The translations under genes and the position numbers were made by a program. A DNA stretch of 25,827 nucleotides. Origin: Actinomycetes bacterium. GTDB taxonomy: Bacteria; Actinomycetota; Actinomycetes; JAHEKZ01. The notes beneath the pieces are model-generated. The model was not told where the DNA came from. It saw only the letters and a program-made list of their open reading frames with translations, and searched no databases. This document shows, piece by piece, positions 9,302 to 16,732 of the stretch (its first letter is position 1; each line of letters opens with the position of its first letter). The stretch covers positions 1 to 25,827 of the forward strand of contig JAJAYM010000095.1 in assembly GCA_027117675.1 (NCBI GenBank), in the 5' to 3' direction.

Positions 9302-9900
9302 GGGTTCACCTCGAACGCATGCAGTACTTCGGCCTCATCGTGGCTAGCCACGAAACTGTCGATGTCGGAAGCCCGACCGTGCTCGCGGAAATGTTCGAGG
9401 GGCACCGACACAAAGACCGAGCGTGCCTGCACCGCCAACGGACCCTGTCCCCCGCCGGCCATTGCCAGGTGCCCCACGGCGCGTGAGTAGACCTTTCGAC
9501 CGGCGACCGCGTAGCACTCGGCGTCGACGAGCAGTGTCGACCCGACCGGCACCGGCTGCCGGTAGTCAGTTTCGAGATGGACAGTGACTACGGGCACCCT
9601 GAGCAGCCAGGTGACGGCGCCGAGCGCCTCATCGAAGGCCGCGGCCAGCAAGCCTCCATGCGCGAGGCCCGGAGCTCCCTGGTGGTGCTCAGTGACCTGA
9701 AGCTCAGCGTGAATAGTGCAGCCTGCACCAGCGGTGAGGGCCAGGTGAAGCCCCGTCGGATGGTCCGGCCCACAGCCAAAACACTGCCGGTAATGGCTGC
9801 CCAGCGACGTGCCTGGCGGTGGGGCATCGGCATGGCGCACCGGTGGTACGGCGCGGCCCGGCGGCTCGATGGGACGCCGGCGCACTGGCTGCTCGGTCAC
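9298..9900 (-). CDS. PaaI-family (hotdog-fold) thioesterase
   Basis: [34 protein letters not shown] and GRKVYS. Confidence 0.85.
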   Translation of the reverse strand: MTEQPVRRRPIEPPGRAVPPVRHADAPPPGTSLGSHYRQCFGCGPDHPTGLHLALTAGAGCTIHAELQVTEHHQGAPGLAHGGLLAAAFDEALGAVTWLLRVPVVTVHLETDYRQPVPVGSTLLVDAECYAVAGRKVYSRAVGHLAMAGGGQGPLAVQARSVFVSVPLEHFREHGRASDIDSFVASHDEAEVLHAFEVNP

Positions 9901-9950
9901 GGTCGGACCCTACCCGCGCATCGACCCCTCATCACTGCCACCCTGGGTGC

Positions 9951-10412
9951 GTGCTGACCTCCGATGCCGTCACCTTCCGCGAGCGACTCACCGTTCCGTG
10001 GTGGTTCTGGGGACTTGCCCTCTTCTGGGCACTGACCCTGGCGGTCGCCTACGGGTACGCCATCTCCAGCCCCGTGGGTGTCGTGGTTGGGGTCGCCGCG
10101 TTCGGCCTGGCGGGTCTGGGCTTGGGGCGAGTTGCCGCTGCCGTGACGGTTTCTGCGTCCGGGCTGACTGCCGGTCGGGCCAGGCTGCCGTGGACCGCCA
10201 TCGGTGCCGTGGAGGTACTGGACTCTGCGGCGGCGCGGCGGCAGCGCGGGACAGGGGCGGACTCGCGCGCCTTCGTACTGCTCCGAGGCTGGATTTCCTC
10301 CGCGGTGACGGTCGCGATTGTCGATCATGGCGACCCGACGCCCTACTGGTACGTATCGAGCCGCGCACCCGAGGCTCTGGCGGCAGCGCTGCGCGAGCAT
10401 CGACCGACGTGA
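9951..10412 (+). CDS. DUF3093-family membrane protein
   Basis: FRERLTVPWW, two hydrophobic helices, AFVLLRGWI and DPTPYWYVSSRAP. Start reassigned to GTG 9951 (CACCCT 6 nt upstream). Confidence 0.85.
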   Translation: MLTSDAVTFRERLTVPWWFWGLALFWALTLAVAYGYAISSPVGVVVGVAAFGLAGLGLGRVAAAVTVSASGLTAGRARLPWTAIGAVEVLDSAAARRQRGTGADSRAFVLLRGWISSAVTVAIVDHGDPTPYWYVSSRAPEALAAALREHRPT

Positions 10413-10452
10413 CAGGATCGGCAGTGAGCATCGTCGGTCGAGGAGGAACGTG

Positions 10453-10698
10453 ATGGGCACGTCTGAAGATTCTGCTGGTCCACCGCAGGTGGTCGTCACG
10501 CTGGCCGCCCTAGCTGCTGGGCTGATTGCGCAAAAACTCATCACCGCCGGTTGGCGGTTCGTCCGGGGCACTGACCCAGGCTCCGACGACGACAACTCGC
10601 TGCCGGAGATCTTGGTCTTCGCCGCCGTCAGTGCTGCAACGGTTGCCGTTGCGAAGAACTGGGCGACGCACCGCGCGCAGGGGGCCACGCGGGCCTAG
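10453..10698 (+). CDS. Small membrane protein, DUF4235-like
   Basis: AGGAGG lies 6 nt before ATG 10453. Pattern AAGLIAQKLITAGWRFVRGTDP...EILVFAAVSA. Confidence 0.75.
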   Translation: MGTSEDSAGPPQVVVTLAALAAGLIAQKLITAGWRFVRGTDPGSDDDNSLPEILVFAAVSAATVAVAKNWATHRAQGATRA

Positions 10699-10708
10699 CG
10701 TCGACGCG

Positions 10709-11005
10709 TCAGCTGCAGTCTCTGCAGACCGGCTTGCCGCTCACCTTCTTGGCGAACTGGCTGCGGTGGTGAACCAGGAAGCAGCGCGAGCAGGTGAACT
10801 CATCCTCCTGTTTGGGGACCACCCGGACGGTGAGCTCTTCACCGGACAGGTCAGCACCGGGCAGCTCGTGCGACTCCGCCAGCTCGGTCTCGTCAACATC
10901 GACGGTCGAGGAGGCAAGATCAGCACGACGAGCCTTCAGCTCTTCGAGGCTGTCCTCGGAGAGCTCGTCGTCGGTCTTGCGGGGGGTGTCGTAATCGGTT
11001 GCCAT
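10709..11005 (-). CDS. DUF4193-family protein (acidic, with a C-terminal CxxC/CxxC probable metal site)
   Basis: MATDYDTPRK...LPGADLSGEELTVRVVPKQEDEFTCSRCFLVHHRSQ...CRDC. Start reassigned to ATG 11005. Confidence 0.9.
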   Translation of the reverse strand: MATDYDTPRKTDDELSEDSLEELKARRADLASSTVDVDETELAESHELPGADLSGEELTVRVVPKQEDEFTCSRCFLVHHRSQFAKKVSGKPVCRDCS

Positions 11006-11216
11006 GGGTTCAGGACCCCTCCTTCGAGGATCCGCTACTCCTATCGGTTCCGGTCGCTGCCGGTATAACACAACAGACGGGTGATTTCTGCCCGCCCACG
11101 GCCCCATCTGAGGGGCTCGGGGGGAGATTGTGCCCTAGCCTGCCCCTGCGCGTCGCGTCGACTCTTTTCTCGGCGCGTCCAAACGTTGAATTCTTGTCGA
11201 CCAAAGGGGAACGACC

Positions 11217-11735
11217 ATGGCCGTCTACGCCCTGGGCGAACGGATACCTACCCTTGCCCCGGACGCCTTCGTGCATCCTGAAGCCGTCGTGATCGGGGCC
11301 GTGACCCTCGGTTCTGAGGCCACCGTCTGGCCAGGGGCTGTCCTGCGAGGTGACTACGGAGTGATCACCGTGGGTGCCCGGACCTCGGTGCAGGACGGCG
11401 CTGTGATCCACGCCACAGCTGAGCTCGCCACCGTGATTGGTAGTGACTGTGTGATCGGTCACCTCGCTCACCTGGAGGGATGCGTCGTCGAAGATGGCTG
11501 CCTGATCGGCTCCGGCTCCATCGTCTTGCACCGGGCCACCGTGCGCGCTGGGGCGCTCATTGGCGCCGGTGCGGTCGTCTCCGGTGGCACCGACGTTCCG
11601 GCCAGGGCGATGGCGCTGGGGGTGCCCGCGAAGGTGCGCCCTGACGCCGTGGCCGCAGGCGCCTTCGCCGAAAGTGTGGCGTTGTACGTCGCCAACGGCC
11701 GCAGGTACCGGGCTGAGCTTCGTCGCATCGATTGA
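11217..11735 (+). CDS. Gamma-carbonic-anhydrase-family (YrdA/PaaY-like) hexapeptide-repeat protein
   Basis: AVLRGD, VQDGAVIH, IGHLAHLEGC (three His ligands) and left-handed beta-helix repeats. Confidence 0.9.
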   Translation: MAVYALGERIPTLAPDAFVHPEAVVIGAVTLGSEATVWPGAVLRGDYGVITVGARTSVQDGAVIHATAELATVIGSDCVIGHLAHLEGCVVEDGCLIGSGSIVLHRATVRAGALIGAGAVVSGGTDVPARAMALGVPAKVRPDAVAAGAFAESVALYVANGRRYRAELRRID

Positions 11736-11795
11736 GTCGGAGCACCCGCGGCCAGTTGCGTGCCCGATCCGGTGGGGTGGGGCGCCCATCGTGAC

Positions 11796-11921
11796 CCACC
11801 CCGTCCACTTGCACGCTGACAGGTAGCCATCCAGCCCTGGAACGACCATGCGAACAGGAAACCCATGTTCGATGGGGAGCGGGTCGCCGCCCACCTCGTT
11901 GGAGACGCACGTCAACGTGAT
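11796..11921 (-). pseudogene. Internally deleted remnant of a sulfite-oxidase-family molybdopterin oxidoreductase
   Basis: Translates ITLTCVSNEVGGD|PLPIEHGFPVRMVVPGLDGYLSACKW. These are two family motifs that are normally separated by several tens of residues. Confidence 0.8.
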
Positions 11922-12007
11922 AGCGCTTCCTCGGGCCGGTTCCGGTGCCATGCCAGGTATTCGCCGCCGGCCGGCAGATGGATTGGTCGTACAAGGTGTG
12001 TAACACC

Positions 12008-12817
12008 TCACACCTTGGCATCGACCTCGGCCAGCAGCGCCTCGAACTCAGCTGTCAGACCTGGGCCGCTGGCCACGACTGAGCCGCCTGCGCGCTCAGC
12101 GACCACTGCCCCGGCCTCCCTGGCAATTAGCCCGCCAGCAGCGAGGTCCCACGGCTGGAGACCGCGCTCGAAATAGCCATCGACTCGACCAGCCCCGACA
12201 GCACACAAGTCGACGGAGGCGGCCCCGGTACGCCTGATGTCCCGGACGCGACCGACCATGCGTCCGAGCACCAGCCCCTGCCGAACGCGAGTGGCCGCGT
12301 CGTAGGCGAATCCGGTCGCGATCAGTGCCTGCGCCAGCTCCGAACATTCCGATACCGCCAACCGCCGGTGGGTGCCGCCCTCGTCAACCCACGAACCGGC
12401 CCCCCTGGCTGCCGTGAAGAGCGTTGACGTCGTTGGCACCATTACAGCGCCGGCCACCACGTCGCCGCGCCAAACCGCAGCAATACTGACGGCCCATCCC
12501 GGTAGGTCGTAAAGAAAGTTCACCGTGCCGTCAATCGGGTCGACTACCCACTCGAGGTCTTGGCCAGAGCGGGCTCCGGTGCCGGGGTGGCGTCCGCTCT
12601 CCTCGCCCCACCAGGCCGCCTCAGGGTAGGCAGCCAACAGCTGGCGCCGAATCATCGCCTCAGCCTCGCGGTCGGCAACAGTCACCACGTCGGTGGGTCC
12701 AGATTTGGTGTCCGATTCCACCGAACGGTGATCACGGCGCCACTGCAGCAGGTACGCGCCCACATCGCTGGCAGTTGTCGCCGCGAGAGCGGCCAGCGCG
12801 TTTACGTCCGGAATCAC
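12008..12817 (-). CDS. suhB: Inositol monophosphatase family protein SuhB
   Basis: TVADREAE, GEE, WVVDPIDGTVNF, RRTGAASVDLC and LQPWDLAAG. Start reassigned to GTG 12817 (GTGA overlap with hemH). Confidence 0.9.
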   Translation of the reverse strand: MIPDVNALAALAATTASDVGAYLLQWRRDHRSVESDTKSGPTDVVTVADREAEAMIRRQLLAAYPEAAWWGEESGRHPGTGARSGQDLEWVVDPIDGTVNFLYDLPGWAVSIAAVWRGDVVAGAVMVPTTSTLFTAARGAGSWVDEGGTHRRLAVSECSELAQALIATGFAYDAATRVRQGLVLGRMVGRVRDIRRTGAASVDLCAVGAGRVDGYFERGLQPWDLAAGGLIAREAGAVVAERAGGSVVASGPGLTAEFEALLAEVDAKV

Positions 12818-13926
12818 GGCACCGAATCCGAATCGCCAGCGACGGCAGGGATCGGCACACGCGGATTGGGACAACAGCCCGACGCGCAGCGATTCGGACT
12901 GGCCCCGAGGTCGCCCAGCCGCGCCCGCCCCTCGACCGGAACTGCGTCGAGACGCTCTCTGATCAGTTCGCCGACCATGGCCACCATGCGGGGGTCGACT
13001 CCGGGAGTAGCGACCCGAACCATGGGTAAGCCCACCTCGGCCGCGGTGGCCCTGGCCTGGGTGTCAAGATCCCAGAGCACCTCCATATGGTCGGAGACGA
13101 AGCCGATCGGCACCACGACGGCGGCGGTACACCCGTCCCGTGCCAGGTCGCGAAGATGAGTGTCGATATCCGGCTCAAGCCACGGAATGTGGGGAGCCCC
13201 ACTGCGCGACTGGTAGACGAGGTCCCACGGCAGATCAATGCCGGTGGCTGCGGCGACTTGTGCGGAGACAAAGCCAGCCACCCAGCGGTGTTGTTGGACG
13301 TACGCGCCGCCTGGCAGTCCGGTTGCCGGCCCACTGCCGTCGGCCATCGACTGAGGGATCGAATGGGTGGTGAACACCAGTCGGGCAGCTGATCGGTCAC
13401 TCTCGCTTAACCCACGCACCGCGTCCGATGTCGCGTCGACGAAGGGGCCGACGAAGCCGGAATGGTTGAAGTAGGGCCCGAGACGCTCAACCACCGGGAC
13501 ACCCTCCCCCACGTCCGTGAGGGCAGCCGCAATGTTCTCCCGGTACTGGCGGCAACCGCTGTACGACGAATAGGCGGAGGTGAAAAAGGCCAACGCGCAT
13601 CGCTTCCCATCCGCCCGCATCGTGCGAAGCGTGTCGACAAGGAAGGGGTCCCAGTTGCGGTTGCCCCAGTAGACCGGGAGGTGGATTCCGTGGGCCGGCA
13701 GTTCGGCACGCAACGCTGCTAGAAACTGCCGGTTCTGCCCATTGATCGGGCTGACACCATCGAAATGGAAGTAGTGCTGGCCGACTTCGTACAGCCTCTC
13801 ATCGGGGATGTCGCGTCCGCGCGTGACGTTCTTCAGAAACGGCAGCACGTCGTCAGAACCCTCGGGCCCTCCGAATGAAACGAGAAGCACTGCGTCAAAC
13901 GGGTCCTTTGGAAAGCCGTTAGCCAT
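12814..13926 (-). CDS. hemH: Ferrochelatase (actinobacterial coproporphyrin ferrochelatase) with a Cys-rich C-terminus
   Basis: SFGGPE, YWGNRNWDP, SYSGCRQYRE, FTTHSIP, YQSRSG..WLEPD, GFVSDHMEVLWDLD and C-terminal CASGCC. Start ATG 13926, after AAAGGA. Confidence 0.93.
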   Translation of the reverse strand: MANGFPKDPFDAVLLVSFGGPEGSDDVLPFLKNVTRGRDIPDERLYEVGQHYFHFDGVSPINGQNRQFLAALRAELPAHGIHLPVYWGNRNWDPFLVDTLRTMRADGKRCALAFFTSAYSSYSGCRQYRENIAAALTDVGEGVPVVERLGPYFNHSGFVGPFVDATSDAVRGLSESDRSAARLVFTTHSIPQSMADGSGPATGLPGGAYVQQHRWVAGFVSAQVAAATGIDLPWDLVYQSRSGAPHIPWLEPDIDTHLRDLARDGCTAAVVVPIGFVSDHMEVLWDLDTQARATAAEVGLPMVRVATPGVDPRMVAMVGELIRERLDAVPVEGRARLGDLGASPNRCASGCCPNPRVPIPAVAGDSDSVP

Positions 13927-14019
13927 GCACAGCATCCTTTCAGCAATCCCCCAGAAGCGCCGGACCAGTGCTCAGGGGCGATGGCCGATCGAGCGACACA
14001 TCCCAGATAGCGTGACCCG

Positions 14020-15243
14020 ATGGCCAGTCCCTACGTCCAGCTGTTGCGGACGCCGCACGCGTGGCCGTTCTCTCTGGCTGGCTTCTTCGCTCGCCTACCC
14101 CTCGCGATGGGGGGCTTGGCGCTGCTGCTGCTCATGGTCGAGATCACCGATTCGTACTTTCTAGCCGGCGCCGTGAACGCCACCTACATCCTGGTTGGAT
14201 CGTTCGCAGCCCCCGCCATCGCGATGTTGATCGACCGCTACGGGCAGCGCCACGTGATCGGACCACAGATCACCATTCATGTCATTGGGGTGACGGCTCT
14301 GCTCGTGCTCGCTGCCACCGACGCGCCGCTTTGGACCTTCTTCATCGCCGCTGCCGTCGCTGGCGCCGCACTGCCGGTCGTGGGAGCAGCCGTGCGTGCG
14401 CGCTGGTCCTATCTGTTGGTTGATTCACCGTAGTTGCGCAGCGCCTACTCGTGGGAGTCGGTGGTTGACGAGTTCGTCTTCATCGTTGGACCCCCGCTGG
14501 CAGCCGGGGTCGCGGCCACGATTGGCCCACCGGCTGCTCTCGCGCTGACCGCCGTAATCGGTGCGAGCGGTACCGCAGCGTTGCTCGCTCAGACGTCAAC
14601 CGAGCCCGCCCCGCGTCCAGAGACTCGGCTCGGTGGGCGTTTGGCCATCACCTACCCCGGCATGCCAGCGGTGGTCCTGGTGATGGCGATGCTCGGTGTC
14701 GTGTTCGCCGGCGTCGAGGTCACGGTCATCGCCACGGCCCGTGAAGGGGGATCGGTGGCGGCGGCCGGGGTAGTCCTGGCGCTCTGGTCGGTGAGCTCGA
14801 TGCTCTCTGGGCTCTTCATCGGCGGCACGCAACGGCTCCCCGGACTCCCCGTCCAGCTCCTCGGAGGTGCCGCAGCGACGATGCTCCTGCTCACGCCGCT
14901 GTTGTTCGTTCACTCCTTGGTCGGCATCAGTGCCGTGCTCTTCTTCGCCGGCGCCGGCGTCTCCCCGGCCTTGATCGCTGGATTCGCTCTGGCGGCTCGC
15001 TTGGTACCAGCCCCGGCCCTCACCCAAGCGCTGACGTGGACGTCGACAGCGATCGGCGTTGGCTTCGCGTTCGGGGCACCAGCCAGTGGGTGGCTGGTCG
15101 ACGAGATTTCGATCAACGCCGGGTTCTGGGTGGCCATCACAGCTGCCGTGGTGGCCACCGTCGCAGCCCTCGGGGGGCTGCGCAGCATGGCCCATCGGTT
15201 GGGCGATCCCGGGGAGAGCACCGACTCGGTCCGAGGGGTGTGA
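14020..15243 (+). pseudogene. MFS transporter interrupted by an in-frame TAG at 14431-14433
   Basis: The two ORFs abut in the same frame and read as one continuous MFS: ...AAVRARWSYLLVDSP*LRSAYSWESVVDEFVFIVGP... Motif A (MLIDRYGQR) is in the first part. Confidence 0.8.
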
Positions 15244-15256
15244 CATTCTTGCCGCC

Positions 15257-16075
15257 ATGGCAGACCTTCGACTGGTGGGCGTCACCGATGACGGTGCTCG
15301 ACTGATCCTCGAGCGGGCAGACGGCGGCCAAGAGCATGTGGCGGTCGACGAGCGGCTGCGGTCCTTGCTGCGCCGGCCAACAGCTCAGGCGACGCAGACT
15401 CAGCTCGACCTGGAGAGCCGGCTCAGCCCCCGTGAAATTCAAGCAAGGATCAGAAGTGGGCAGAGCCCCGATGAGGTCGCCATCGAGGCAGGGATCTCGG
15501 TCGAGCGAGTGGAACGGTTCGCCGGACCGATCCAGCACGAGCGCGAGTACATCGCTCAAGAGGCAGCCAAGGTCAGTGTTCGCCGCGATGATCACGGCGC
15601 TGTGATGCTGCTGGGCGAACTCGTCGGACAGCGCCTTGAGCAGCGCGGGGTTCCCCGCGACGGGATGCACTGGGACGCCTGGCGCCGCGACGACGGCGGC
15701 TGGGAGGTTCGGCTCGATTATCTGGCCGCAGGTAAAGAACGGTCGGCTGAGTGGGTTTACGACCCGGCACGTCGCACCATGACTGCTGACGACGACGAAG
15801 CCCGTTGGCTCCGTGAGGAGGAGCCAACCGCCGCGGTGACCCCCCTGCGATCAGTGCGCGCTGTCGACGATGCAGCAAAGAACGCAGAACCGGAGCCGCC
15901 CGAAGAAGCAGTCGCCGAGACCGAACCGATAGTGAAGTCAGGGACCCAGGAGGCCATCGACGTCTTGCTGCGCGGACGCGAGACCGTGCCGGACGCACCA
16001 CCGACCAAGCGGAAGAAGAAGGCTTCAGTACCCAGCTGGGATGAGATCCTTTTTGGATCTCGGAAGCCGGAGTAG
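15257..16075 (+). CDS. sepH: Septation protein SepH (DUF3071)
   Basis: MADLRLVG, LSPREIQARIRSG..PDEVA HTH, VERFAGPIQHERE, WDAWRRDDG.W and C-terminal SVPSWDEILFG. Start reassigned to ATG 15257. Confidence 0.9.
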   Translation: MADLRLVGVTDDGARLILERADGGQEHVAVDERLRSLLRRPTAQATQTQLDLESRLSPREIQARIRSGQSPDEVAIEAGISVERVERFAGPIQHEREYIAQEAAKVSVRRDDHGAVMLLGELVGQRLEQRGVPRDGMHWDAWRRDDGGWEVRLDYLAAGKERSAEWVYDPARRTMTADDDEARWLREEEPTAAVTPLRSVRAVDDAAKNAEPEPPEEAVAETEPIVKSGTQEAIDVLLRGRETVPDAPPTKRKKKASVPSWDEILFGSRKPE

Positions 16076-16097
16076 ACCCGCCTCGTTCTCGTTCGGT

Positions 16098-16691
16098 TCA
16101 GCGACTGGTCGCGTGCGACAGCGATCGCGCGAATGCGACCGCCTGCTCAACGCCGTCGATTCCGTCGGCCGCAACCGATACCCGGACCGAAAAATCGTCA
16201 ACGGTTGAGCTGCCGGTGTATCCATGGTCGGCCTCACACTCAGGGTCACCACAACTTGCCGGTTCGAGGTCAAGGCGACTGATGGCACCCCATCCCACGG
16301 TGATCACCACCTCACGCGGCAGCGCGCCGGGGTCGTAACCAGCCGGGTTGTCAACAGCATGACTAACAACCACCGAAGTGAGCCGGTCGATACGCACCGC
16401 TTCGGTACTGGTCGCTGCATGCGGTGGGCCGGTCAGCTCGTCGGCCGGGTAGTCGTCAGTGTGGCCGATCACCAGACGCGTCGGCGTCAGGAGGACCACC
16501 GTCAGGTGACGGCGCAACTCGTCGCGGTCGAAGGTGGCCTCATGGTGCACCAGGAACGACACGAGTTGCTCGCCAGCGGCCGCCAGTTCCAGCGAGTGCA
16601 GCACGACGTTGGGGTAGTAGCCGCAGCGCTCCACAGCCGTACGCAACTCGCTTTGCTGCTGCCCCTGCGTGGTGACGGGTAAGTCGGTCAT
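16098..16691 (-). CDS. DUF5998-family protein
   Basis: ERCGYYP, FLVHHEATFDRDELRRHL, GWGAISRLDLEPASCGDPECEADHGYTG and RVSVAADG. Start reassigned to ATG 16691. Confidence 0.85.
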   Translation of the reverse strand: MTDLPVTTQGQQQSELRTAVERCGYYPNVVLHSLELAAAGEQLVSFLVHHEATFDRDELRRHLTVVLLTPTRLVIGHTDDYPADELTGPPHAATSTEAVRIDRLTSVVVSHAVDNPAGYDPGALPREVVITVGWGAISRLDLEPASCGDPECEADHGYTGSSTVDDFSVRVSVAADGIDGVEQAVAFARSLSHATSR

Positions 16692-16732
16692 GCTACCCAT
16701 TGTGGCACCGCCCACCGACGACTCTCCCTGGG

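Noticed and set aside
10698-10707. 10-bp palindrome GCGTCGACGC between convergent genes
   Set aside because: Short GC-rich palindrome with no loop, expected by chance.
11061-11090. Possible ECF-sigma promoter (GAAAT-N16-GTT) upstream of DUF4193
   Set aside because: Weak match with atypical spacing; cannot be distinguished from chance.
14431-14433. Amber reassignment or pyrrolysine as the explanation of the MFS stop
   Set aside because: TAG terminates several intact genes in this window, and no pyl genes or tRNA are visible.
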